Virus record (IMG/VR): IMGVR_UViG_3300033049_000066
Coordinates: 124,001-188,000 of that record
Strand: one strand, 5' to 3'
DNA: 64,000 bases
How positions within the stretch are numbered: position 1 is the stretch's first letter; every line of letters begins with the position of its first letter. Below are positions 19,566 to 27,220 of the stretch, piece after piece. Position numbers and translations under genes: made by a program. Below the pieces are notes generated by a model. That model saw only the letters and a list, made by a program, of their open reading frames with translations, made no database searches and was not told the DNA's origin.

Positions 19566-19651
19566 GCTGTCGCGGTGAAGTTGGAGAGTCACGCAAGATT
19601 GTAAACCTTGTCCCTATGGGTGAGTAGGTTCGATTCCTACAGGCAGCACCA
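19566..19651 (+). tRNA. tRNA-Tyr(GTA)
   Basis: ttGTAaa; variable arm; CCA. Confidence 0.88.
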
Positions 19652-19656
19652 AATTT

Positions 19657-19730
19657 GGCTTATTAGTATAGTGGCAGTACCACACGTTGTCTGCGTGAGA
19701 GCAGGAGTTCGATTCTCCTATAAGCCGCCA
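19657..19730 (+). tRNA. tRNA-Asp(GTC)
   Basis: GGCTTAT/ATAAGCC; ttGTCtg; CCA. Confidence 0.85.
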
Positions 19731-19931
19731 AAAATGGATAATATAATTAATGAATAATTCATTAATTATATTGTCAAGTCGATACTTAGACCTGATCAGT
19801 CTTTGTACAGGCTAACCAAAAATGGATAATATAATTAATGAAGATCACCGCCCATGAGGGGCTGGCACGAATTCATTGTTATATTGTCAAGTCGGTAATT
19901 AGACCTGATCAGTCTTTGTACAGGCTAACCA
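19731..19931 (+). ncRNA. Two tandem copies of a hairpin RNA ending in ACCA
   Basis: Copies 19731-19818 and 19819-19931 differ mainly in the apical loop. Confidence 0.6.
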
Positions 19932-19937
19932 AATTAC

Positions 19938-20013
19938 GCGGGATTGATGTTTAACGGCAGCATGGGAGTTTTCCAAACTTTTCGTATCGGTTCGAATCCG
20001 ATATCCCGCTCCA
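19938..20013 (+). tRNA. tRNA-Gly(TCC)
   Basis: GCGGGAT/ATCCCGC; ttTCCaa; CCA. Confidence 0.9.
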
Positions 20014-20233
20014 AATTAAAAGTATACGGTGTATATTATTACGTATACTTAAACAAATCGAAGGTGAAGGTTGAGAAATTGACTAAGTAACAACCCTGAA
20101 CTTTGGTAAAGATGGATAAAAGTGCCGGTCATTTCCTCCATCCAAGTCCCTGAGGCGTAGACCTCTACATAACGGTAGGTCAATACTGTTGCGGACTTGT
20201 CAATGGCCTCAAATTTAAAAGAGTAAGCAGAGC

Positions 20234-20309
20234 TCCAGGTTAACGTTCAATGGTGAGACGTGCTCGACTGTTAATCGAGAGGAGACTGAATCGTTCTCAG
20301 TACCTGGAG
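20234..20309 (+). tRNA. tRNA-Asn(GTT), no encoded CCA, extended acceptor stem
   Basis: TCCAGGT/ACCTGGA; CTCGA-ctGTTaa-TCGAG. Confidence 0.75.
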
Positions 20310-21091
20310 CTCTGCTTATTATTATATTCATCAACTGAATTCTTTAGCGTTTCGTACGATATCGAACAGTTAGTTTTCTTTTGATTATTTTTGGTCCAGG
20401 ACATTAATTCACAATTTAGCGGGTGTTTTATATAATAAGGGTCGTATCCGTTACGGATTGCAGTATTTACAGAAACCTTATGATCTCGAGTAATTCCTGA
20501 TGTATTTGAATACGACCACATTCCGTGTTCTTTAAGTATGCTGTTGTATTGCTCAAACAATTCCGGATAATTAGATAATGAAAACGTAAACGCATATCTG
20601 TTTCGATTATTTCGTTTATATAGATATGCGTGGTCGTTACAATATTTTTGTTTAATTCGTGAAATAAATTTTTCATTACAATGAGCACACTTTGTTAACC
20701 AAATTTTTGAATATGGCGAAGTTACTTTAGGCTTCTTTACTTTAGGCTTCTTTACTTTAGGCTTTGCTGGGTATTTTTCTTTAAGTGTTTTGGACAATTT
20801 TTTATAATGTTCGGTATCTCGTGCAAGATTATTGCATGTAGCTGAACAACTCCTTGAGCAAAATTTATTATGTCGCTGGATATACGGTAACGCAATCTCG
20901 CAGTGTCTACAGGCATTAGGATTTTCGCTGTATTTAAAAAGAACTATCTTATGATTTTTGCGGATGGCGCTTAATGTAGATTTTGCGTTATTAATCTTGT
21001 GTTGGTGATAGCCGGACTTATGCACTTTATTATGAGCTGATAATCCATATACTGATTTAAATTCTTTATCGCATGTTTTACATTTATACAT
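20297..21091 (-). CDS. Free-standing HNH homing endonuclease with zinc fingers
   Basis: C2H2 finger, CRHC..FCSRSC, TRDHKVS..IKHPLNCEL..NNQK; ATAAATA upstream. Confidence 0.8.
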   Translation of the reverse strand: MYKCKTCDKEFKSVYGLSAHNKVHKSGYHQHKINNAKSTLSAIRKNHKIVLFKYSENPNACRHCEIALPYIQRHNKFCSRSCSATCNNLARDTEHYKKLSKTLKEKYPAKPKVKKPKVKKPKVTSPYSKIWLTKCAHCNEKFISRIKQKYCNDHAYLYKRNNRNRYAFTFSLSNYPELFEQYNSILKEHGMWSYSNTSGITRDHKVSVNTAIRNGYDPYYIKHPLNCELMSWTKNNQKKTNCSISYETLKNSVDEYNNKQSSRY

Positions 21092-21158
21092 GTAACTATT
21101 TATAATATTTTGAGGTTCCGTTAAACTTTCAGGAGCCAAATTACATATAAATACAGTT

Positions 21159-21506
21159 ATGAAAATATTATTATCGATATTGCTGCTGCTAATTTCTTTA
21201 AGTAGTCAAGCAGAGCCGGGATGGAAAGTATTCGCAGAATTCTTCCTTCTAGACAGAGCCGAAGTATATTGTGGCAAAATCAAGGGTGACCGAGACATAA
21301 CTAAAATATTTACAAATAGGAAAAAAATAGCACTATCGGAAGTTGTCGACTCTGGCACATACTGGTGTGGAGTAACATACAATATGTCTGCAATTGGTGT
21401 GCCATTTGAGAGCAACCCAACCGAGCTAGAGCCAGTGCTAATGACAGTCGGACAGGGTGCAGAAATATTGGTATCGTCACCGAAACCCCCTAGTAATATA
21501 CAATAA
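21159..21506 (+). CDS. Secreted small beta-rich protein
   Basis: Signal peptide SQA/; TATAAATA upstream; ends PKPPSNIQ. Confidence 0.7.
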   Translation: MKILLSILLLLISLSSQAEPGWKVFAEFFLLDRAEVYCGKIKGDRDITKIFTNRKKIALSEVVDSGTYWCGVTYNMSAIGVPFESNPTELEPVLMTVGQGAEILVSSPKPPSNIQ

Positions 21507-21514
21507 TCAAATTA

Positions 21515-21704
21515 TGTCGTGTGCCATTGGAACGATTTCTGGTAAATGATACGATGCAGTGGTAATTGACCGAAACAGGTTGGCTTGGTCGCTAACAATG
21601 TCGAGATAGGAAACTGTAACTGAAGCACTATTCCTAACCAGTTGATGTGCGGATAACGTATTATTTACCAGAGAGATTGAGCTGATGGATAACACACGGC
21701 GCCA
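21515..21704 (+). ncRNA. ~190-nt rod-like RNA ending in CCA
   Basis: TGTCGTGTG/CACACGGCG-CCA; inner 18-bp stem TTTCTGGTAAATGATACG/CGTATTATTTACCAGAGA. Confidence 0.65.
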
Positions 21705-21850
21705 AATTAATGTTGAAGATACTGATATGCTCTGACCATTTGCGTTATCATACAGAATATGTCTTCATAAACTTGAGCATGGTAACTAGGACAGAGCCTA
21801 GGGCGGCCACAGATAGCACGTGGAAGGCGTCGGCGGGGAAACATGCATCC

Positions 21851-21921
21851 GGGGGCATAGTATAACGGGATTACGGGGCGTTTGCAACGCTTTGATCGGA
21901 GTTCGATTCTCCGTGCCTCCA
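21851..21921 (+). tRNA. tRNA-Ala(TGC)
   Basis: G3-U70; ttTGCaa; CCA not encoded. Confidence 0.88.
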
Positions 21922-21929
21922 CAAATTTT

Positions 21930-22004
21930 AGGCCTGTAGTTCCAATCTGGTAGAACGGCGGATTCCAAACTCGCATGTTGGGGGTTCAAATCCCTCCGGG
22001 CCTG
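21930..22004 (+). tRNA. tRNA-Trp(CCA)
   Basis: AGGCCTG/CGGGCCT; ttCCAaa. Confidence 0.85.
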
Positions 22005-22045
22005 CACAAGAGTCTACATCAAGACTCGAACTGATAAATAAAAGT

Positions 22046-22723
22046 ATGAAAACATATTATACAATTTATCAAGTTACAAACCAAGTAAACGGCAAAACCT
22101 ATATAGGAGCACATAAGACCAAAAACTTGAATGATGGCTACATGGGGTCAGGTAAATACGTAAACCGTGCTATATCAAAGCACGGGATAGATAAATTCAC
22201 AAAAGAAATACTCTTTATATTTAATAGCGCAGCTGAGATGTACGAAAAAGAAGGTGAGCTAGTTAACGAAGAATTTATTACAGAAGCTAATACATATAAC
22301 TTAAAAATTGGCGGATTTGGCGGATTTGACTACATTAATCAAAACCCAGAAATGCAAAATAACAGAACACCCGAAAGTATCTCCAAGGGCGGCCAGACGA
22401 CATGGACCAAACACAAAAAACAAATAAAAACACGCCTTAAAGAAAATAACAAAAATTTATGGAAGTTTCACTACAGCAAAATGAAAGAGCTTTCTAAAAT
22501 CGGAGTAGCAGCAATGAGCTCCCCGGCCGCCGTGGCTAAGAAAAAACAAACATTTGCGAAAATATCGCACCAGCAAGGGATTCGCAATTCGCAATTCGGA
22601 ACGATGTGGATTACCGATGGTATTGTAAACAAAAAGATTAAAAAAACTACCCCAATGCCAACCGGGTTTCGTAAAGGTAGAGTATTAAAACCACACCAAA
22701 CTAAAAGAATTATTGAGAAGTAG
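22046..22723 (+). CDS. Free-standing GIY-YIG (Seg-like) homing endonuclease
   Basis: TIYQVTN..NGKTYIG..GYMGSG..E..YNL; C-terminal GTMWITDG..GFRKGR. Confidence 0.9.
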   Translation: MKTYYTIYQVTNQVNGKTYIGAHKTKNLNDGYMGSGKYVNRAISKHGIDKFTKEILFIFNSAAEMYEKEGELVNEEFITEANTYNLKIGGFGGFDYINQNPEMQNNRTPESISKGGQTTWTKHKKQIKTRLKENNKNLWKFHYSKMKELSKIGVAAMSSPAAVAKKKQTFAKISHQQGIRNSQFGTMWITDGIVNKKIKKTTPMPTGFRKGRVLKPHQTKRIIEK

Positions 22724-22796
22724 GAAAGTTGATAACCCCAGCGGGCTTTGAATCCACCGCCTAACAGCTCTGAGCGTTCGACTCGCTCCTTCTCAT
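22714..22796 (+). pseudogene. Degenerate tRNA-Gln(TTG) with long variable arm
   Basis: TGAGAAG/CTTCTCA and T arm intact; anticodon stem mismatched; no CCA. Confidence 0.6.
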
Positions 22797-22811
22797 CAAA
22801 GGCAGAGCATA

Positions 22812-22896
22812 GCCCCGGTGGCGGAATTGGTAGACGCGCTGGTTTTAGAAACCAGTACCGAAAGGTGTGCGGGTTCGAGTCCCGCCCAGGGCACCA
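22812..22896 (+). tRNA. tRNA-Leu(TAG)
   Basis: GGCGGAATTGGTAGACGC; ttTAGaa; CCA. Confidence 0.92.
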
Positions 22897-22945
22897 GACA
22901 ACGTTCTTATTGTGGATAAATAGTAATACACAATGAGGAAGTATT

Positions 22946-23212
22946 ATGATAGAAGCAGCAACATTTTTATTTTTCGGCGCAGGCATGTTCTTTTTAGGAC
23001 TAATGTGCTTTCCATTCGTTATGTTTTTACGTGCTCGCCGGGATGATTCCTGGGACGATTCAAACATGACAAATATCTTTAGACTGATCGCACATATTTC
23101 AGCGCATCCATCAGATTTTGGAAAAATGCAATACAAAGATGGCACGAAACCATTTTGGTATCTTAGCAAGGACGAACTGTCCGAAATAGTAAAAACTAGA
23201 CCACCCAAATAA
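22946..23212 (+). CDS. Membrane protein
   Basis: N-terminal TM; ATAAATA and GAGG upstream. Confidence 0.65.
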   Translation: MIEAATFLFFGAGMFFLGLMCFPFVMFLRARRDDSWDDSNMTNIFRLIAHISAHPSDFGKMQYKDGTKPFWYLSKDELSEIVKTRPPK

Positions 23213-23220
23213 ATTAATAT

Positions 23221-23295
23221 GCCCCCTAAGCATTGATGGCGATGCAGTGGTTTTGTAATCCGCAGAGGTCAGTTCAAGTCTGGCAGGGGGCTCCA
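23221..23295 (+). tRNA. tRNA-Thr(TGT)
   Basis: GCCCCCT/AGGGGGC; ttTGTaa; CCA. Confidence 0.88.
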
Positions 23296-23344
23296 AATAA
23301 AATATAATCAATAACCTGTAAATCAATAACCGATAAATATACGT

Positions 23345-23677
23345 ATGTGGTCTTTTATAAAATTAGGTGGGTGGGTTGTGATCTGGAGTGTTCTCTGGAT
23401 TTTTTTATTACCGTTCCGGAAGGGCAGGCACAATTGCTTAACATGGGCAGTTGAAAGATGGGACACTGAAGGCGGGTATTTAGTTATTCGGTGGTGCCGG
23501 TCAAACAACCAGCAGTGGTTAAAATGGCCACACTTCCTCTGGATGGACGAAAAAGAATATAAACGTGTGGAACATCTTATTCCGCATCCCGAAGACGCAA
23601 AGAAGCACACGTTACCTCGACCTTGGTTTGACGGTAGACACGCAAAGGCCGATCCAAAAGGTCAAAACGAAAACTAA
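23345..23677 (+). CDS. Hypothetical membrane-anchored protein
   Basis: ATAAATA upstream; N-terminal TM; NC...WPHF. Confidence 0.6.
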   Translation: MWSFIKLGGWVVIWSVLWIFLLPFRKGRHNCLTWAVERWDTEGGYLVIRWCRSNNQQWLKWPHFLWMDEKEYKRVEHLIPHPEDAKKHTLPRPWFDGRHAKADPKGQNEN

Positions 23678-23685
23678 ACAAATAC

Positions 23686-23772
23686 GGAAGATTGACAGAG
23701 TGGTAATGTGCCCGGTTGCTAACCGGCGGCTGTGGAAACGCAACGGAGGTTCAATTCCTCCATCTTCCGCCA
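23686..23772 (+). tRNA. tRNA-Ser(GCT)
   Basis: ttGCTaa; long variable arm; GCCA. Confidence 0.9.
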
Positions 23773-23780
23773 AAAATAAT

Positions 23781-23874
23781 GGAGAGGTGACAGAGTCTGG
23801 CTTATTGTTGCAGTCTTGAAAACTGCCGGTCGCAGTAGTGTGGCCCGTGGGTTCAAATCCCACCCTCTTCGCCA
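23781..23874 (+). tRNA. tRNA-Ser(TGA)
   Basis: ctTGAaa; long variable arm; GCCA. Confidence 0.9.
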
Positions 23875-23879
23875 AAAAT

Positions 23880-23963
23880 CCTGCCGAACCCAAACGGCTC
23901 GGGAGCGTCCTGATAAGGCGTCGGTGAAAATCGCAGTTGGTTCAACTCCAACCGGCAGGACCA
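23880..23963 (+). tRNA. tRNA-Ile(GAT) with long variable arm
   Basis: CCTGCCG/CGGCAGG; ctGATaa; CCA. Confidence 0.8.
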
Positions 23964-23969
23964 AATAAT

Positions 23970-24046
23970 GCACTTATAGCTCAGCCTGGTAGAGCGGATG
24001 ATTGAAGATCTTCGCGTCAGTGGTTCAAATCCACTTTTGTGCACCA
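23970..24046 (+). tRNA. tRNA-Phe(GAA)
   Basis: ttGAAga; two acceptor mismatches; CCA. Confidence 0.8.
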
Positions 24047-24057
24047 GTTTACAAATA

Positions 24058-24130
24058 GTGATGCCGTAGCTCAGTTTGGGAGAGCTCCTGCAATGTAGGG
24101 TGTCGTTGGTTCAAATCCAACTAGCATCGC
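24058..24130 (+). ncRNA. Anticodon-less tRNA-like RNA
   Basis: Normal D and T arms; CCTGC-aat-GTAGG 3-nt loop; no CCA. Confidence 0.6.
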
Positions 24131-24241
24131 GAGGCGAGGAAAAATGGATGGCAGTCTTAAATACTTGTCGAGAATCCCTTATCATTTGGCTCTGTCAGGT
24201 TGAATGGTTGGGGTAACTTATTTTAACTGATAAATAACTGT

Positions 24242-24634
24242 ATGAAAAGTGCAGAATTTATAGTAGAAGGTACAGAAATCGTTGTAGGCGATCAAGTCGT
24301 TGCGAAGCGTTCCGCTCGTGGTGGGGACTTGGGTCCAGCGATACACATGGCAGTGACAAAGGATGAGTGGGATCGTGTCAAAGGTCAACGTGCAAATACA
24401 GATATTCAATCCTACGATATTGCTACAGCTGAAACGATTGTCAATGACATGGTAAAGCAAGGTGGTGAGATCATATGGAAATCAGCAGCAGAATATAATG
24501 CTGATGCACGTGAACTTGAAAATCACAGATTTAGAAACAATGCTGATGTCCAAAGTGGATTTGCCGCAGCAATCAACAGCACACGTGATAACGCCAGCGC
24601 AACCGCAAAAGCGTCACTATCACGAATTAAATAA
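24242..24634 (+). CDS. Putative internal virion protein with capsid-targeting-like N-terminus
   Basis: MKSAEFIVE; ATAAATA upstream. Confidence 0.7.
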   Translation: MKSAEFIVEGTEIVVGDQVVAKRSARGGDLGPAIHMAVTKDEWDRVKGQRANTDIQSYDIATAETIVNDMVKQGGEIIWKSAAEYNADARELENHRFRNNADVQSGFAAAINSTRDNASATAKASLSRIK

Positions 24635-24641
24635 CAAATAT

Positions 24642-24728
24642 AGCGAAGTATACAAGCAGTCAAAGTACTGAGTCTCATAAGCTCAGCCCGAACGGGTTCG
24701 CAGGTGCAAATCCTGTCCTTCGCCTCCA
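24642..24728 (+). tRNA. tRNA-CAT (Met/fMet-like) with long variable arm
   Basis: ctCATaa; 1-72 mismatch; CCA. Confidence 0.75.
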
Positions 24729-24736
24729 AACAATAT

Positions 24737-24812
24737 GGTCCTTTAGCATAATTGGTAGTGCTGCCAACTCATAATTGGTAAAGTGTTGGATCGTAGCCAA
24801 CAAGGACCACCA
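24737..24812 (+). tRNA. tRNA-CAT (Ile2 or Met)
   Basis: GGTCCTT/AAGGACC; ctCATaa; CCA. Confidence 0.85.
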
Positions 24813-24818
24813 AGTAAT

Positions 24819-24894
24819 GCCCTCGTAAGTCAACTGGATAACGGCTGGTTTTCTACACCTCGCAATGGGAGTTCGAATCTCTCCTTGGGCGCCA
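24819..24894 (+). tRNA. tRNA-Arg(TCT), weak stems
   Basis: ttTCTac; T arm; GCCA. Confidence 0.65.
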
Positions 24895-24970
24895 AAGAAA
24901 ATAAAGAAAACAGAATTAAACTTGTATTTAGAGAATGGCTGGATACAAGGACGAACTATTAAAACTTAAT

Positions 24971-25045
24971 GCCCTGTCCGGCGGATAATCGGTGGCGAGT
25001 CTTCGAAACTTGCTTACAGTGGTTCAACTCCACTACAGGGCGCCA
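24971..25045 (+). tRNA. tRNA-Arg(TCG)
   Basis: GCCCTGT/ACAGGGC; ctTCGaa; CCA. Confidence 0.8.
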
Positions 25046-25061
25046 AATAATGACGTTAGTA

Positions 25062-25919
25062 CTAAGGGTTGATTTCTGGCGGCAGGGGTGCTGATATGAT
25101 TGCGGTAGGCACATAACTTCCAACCCCAACATAATTGTTTCCATGTGAATCTTTGTTTGTTGGGCGAGTGCTAGTAACAATCACGTCGTCTACATACGAA
25201 TTTTGTGTTTGGGGTGACCCTCTCGGAGTATCTGGAGTATCGTTCCAGTAAGTATAAATGTATAATGAATTAGCGTAATCTGTAGCTGCTCTAAAAGTTA
25301 CACGATTAGTAATGTCTTTCATCAGCTTACCGTTTTTCCACACTCGAACGCGACCAGTGCCACCGTTATCAACAGATTTTGTACCGAACTTAATATACAT
25401 CTCATAGGTTTCCCAGACGCCTAGTTTTATGACGTCGGAAGATGTTCCGAACTTAGTCCATCCTAAATCGGCTCTACTTGAACCTTCGTAAATAAATTGA
25501 AATGGTGGTACGCTACCTTTACGGTTAATATACCAATCATCATATCCGCCATTTGACCCGTCTTGCCTAAAAGTTTTAATGCGTAAGAATTTTAATCGAG
25601 TGCTTGCATTATAATCGAAACCAATCGGAAAGTAGTTTCGCATTCTTACCCATATCTCGTCGCCATTTTTTAATGTGCTAGGGAATTTAATAATACCGCC
25701 CCATTCACCAAATCCTCTGGATCCTTTGGCGATCCTAAGTTTGCATGATTTACTTTGACTAGCGGCAGCGGCACTACTAACAACTGACCTAGTTGAGCTC
25801 CAGCCTGCGCATTTTTCACCATTTGATTGAGAGTCAAAAGATTGATTTATAGTCCACGCATTTGCGGTACTTGCTAGCAAACTTGTAATTAATATTATTA
25901 TTTTAAAATAGGTTATCAT
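25062..25919 (-). CDS. Secreted polysaccharide-lyase-like beta-sandwich protein
   Basis: Signal ANA/W; WVR..YFP.GF, LKFLR, WETYEMY, GRVRVWKNG, YVDDVIV; paralog of 34310. Confidence 0.7.
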   Translation of the reverse strand: MITYFKIIILITSLLASTANAWTINQSFDSQSNGEKCAGWSSTRSVVSSAAAASQSKSCKLRIAKGSRGFGEWGGIIKFPSTLKNGDEIWVRMRNYFPIGFDYNASTRLKFLRIKTFRQDGSNGGYDDWYINRKGSVPPFQFIYEGSSRADLGWTKFGTSSDVIKLGVWETYEMYIKFGTKSVDNGGTGRVRVWKNGKLMKDITNRVTFRAATDYANSLYIYTYWNDTPDTPRGSPQTQNSYVDDVIVTSTRPTNKDSHGNNYVGVGSYVPTAIISAPLPPEINP

Positions 25920-25974
25920 ATTAGTATTTATTAGAGAATTTTTTATTAATGATTACACAACCATAAATAAATAT

Positions 25975-26346
25975 ATGAAATACATACACGGAACCATATA
26001 CGGAATAATACCAATACCAGTTTTTTATGTTGATGATTTAGACTGGGCAGCTGGTAGATCATACGGATTTTTCATCCGTATTAAAAAAGATTACAAAGAT
26101 GATCGCGGGCTGCTCGAACACGAACTACAGCATTGTCGACAATTTTACAGAACACTAATGCTACATCCACTTCTGTACAAGTTCTCTAAAACATACCGTT
26201 ACAATTCAGAACTTGAATGTTACAGAGTACAGCTATCGTTTTCGCAAAATAAAAATCGATCAGCAAAACATTTTGTAAAATACATAACAACTTGGTATAA
26301 GTTAGACGTGTTGCCCGGCAAGGCACTGAGTGATCTTTTAGATTAG
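25975..26346 (+). CDS. HEXXH zincin-like protein
   Basis: LLEHELQHCRQ...ELECY. Confidence 0.65.
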   Translation: MKYIHGTIYGIIPIPVFYVDDLDWAAGRSYGFFIRIKKDYKDDRGLLEHELQHCRQFYRTLMLHPLLYKFSKTYRYNSELECYRVQLSFSQNKNRSAKHFVKYITTWYKLDVLPGKALSDLLD

Positions 26347-26350
26347 TGCT

Positions 26351-26429
26351 GCCCTTGTATCCCCTCGGCCTCCTAAGCTGGTGAAAGGTAACTGGACACA
26401 TGCCGGTTCGACTCCGGCCAAGGGCACCA
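26351..26429 (+). tRNA. Non-canonical tRNA-Arg(CCT) lacking a normal D arm
   Basis: GCCCTTG/CAAGGGC-ACCA; CGGC-ctCCTaa-GCTG; perfect T arm. Confidence 0.65.
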
Positions 26430-26441
26430 ATTTAAAACCAG

Positions 26442-26516
26442 ACTAGCGTAACTCAGAGGCAGAGTAGGGGTGTTACATACCTCAAGTCGGGATTTCGAAA
26501 TTCCCCGCTAGTACCA
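26442..26516 (+). tRNA. tRNA-Val(TAC)
   Basis: ACTAGCG/CGCTAGT; gtTACat; CCA. Confidence 0.85.
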
Positions 26517-26631
26517 ATTTAATAACGTAGCTCAGCTGCTGAAAACAGCAATATAGATACGTATCCAAATTACTAGACATCATTTGTATTATACTGTATA
26601 ATGCATGCTTACATTAACAAAGGAAAACACA

Positions 26632-26847
26632 ATGTCAAAAAATAACAAAGTAACTAAAATTGCCGGGATCTTGCATACACAGAAAGTGGCATCGGCGTTT
26701 CGTGTTGGTAGTCGTAAGCTAGGAAAATCAGCACATGCTATGTCTAGCGATGCGCTATTATCTGTATTAGCAGACAAATCACAAAGCAAATTTCACAAAA
26801 GTGCGGCGGATGTCCTTAGTCTGCGTGGTGTAGATTTAACAGCATAA
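26632..26847 (+). CDS. Small basic protein
   Basis: AAGGA RBS; TAGACA-TATAAT promoter. Confidence 0.65.
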   Translation: MSKNNKVTKIAGILHTQKVASAFRVGSRKLGKSAHAMSSDALLSVLADKSQSKFHKSAADVLSLRGVDLTA

Positions 26848-26854
26848 CCAGAAT

Positions 26855-26929
26855 GGGATCGTAACTCAAGCGGCAGAGCCCCGACTCTTAATCGGCGAGA
26901 TGTGATTTCAATTATCACCGGTCCCACCA
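26855..26929 (+). tRNA. tRNA-Lys(CTT)
   Basis: ctCTTaa; CCA. Confidence 0.85.
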
Positions 26930-26944
26930 AATTTAATATAATAA

Positions 26945-27020
26945 GGGTTGCTAACTCAATTGGCAGAGTACTCGGCTTTTAACCGAGAAGTTCCCGGATC
27001 GTTGCCGGGGCAACCCGCCA
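26945..27020 (+). tRNA. tRNA-Lys(TTT)
   Basis: CTCGG-ctTTTaa-CCGAG; CCA. Confidence 0.9.
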
Positions 27021-27025
27021 AATAT

Positions 27026-27186
27026 AGGTGTATGGCGGAATTAGCAGACGCTAAGTTATACGCAATCTTACTAGACGAGCCGCAATATTAAATTTGGTAC
27101 TGCCTACTGAATTTTATTATTGTGAATGGATACAAGGGCAGCAAAACATGCTCGTCGTGCAGGTGCAACTCCTGCTACACCTACCT
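27026..27186 (+). ncRNA. tRNA-Leu-like RNA with a giant variable arm
   Basis: AGGTGTA/TACACCT; Leu-type D arm; GACGAGC(27074)/GCTCGTC(27150); T arm GCAGG-TGCAACT-CCTGC. Confidence 0.6.
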
Positions 27187-27195
27187 AATTTAGAA

Positions 27196-27218
27196 TAGTG
27201 CCCCGGACCGGGGCACTA
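27196..27218. terminator. Hairpin between convergent transcription units
   Basis: TAGTGCCCCG-gac-CGGGGCACTA. Confidence 0.65.
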
Positions 27219-27220
27219 AA

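Noticed and set aside
19248-19931. Possible CRISPR array
   Set aside because: The 11-bp unit has no spacers, the 19731 repeat has only two structured copies, and no cas genes are present.
21770-21850. Hammerhead ribozyme (three stems and GAAA before tRNA-Ala)
   Set aside because: The CUGANGA core is absent.
21851-21921. tRNA-Cys reading (TTGCA)
   Set aside because: Loop register gives TGC, and G3-U70 marks Ala; the true Cys tRNA is at 34217.
19279-25180. ORF-track calls overlapping tRNA genes (19279, 21707, 21798, 22471, 22748, 23565-24044, 24959)
   Set aside because: Antisense or sense read-through of tRNA sequence.
27026-27186. Group I intron in a tRNA (also considered for 18435-18565)
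   Set aside because: Inserts are under 100 nt and lack a recognisable catalytic core.
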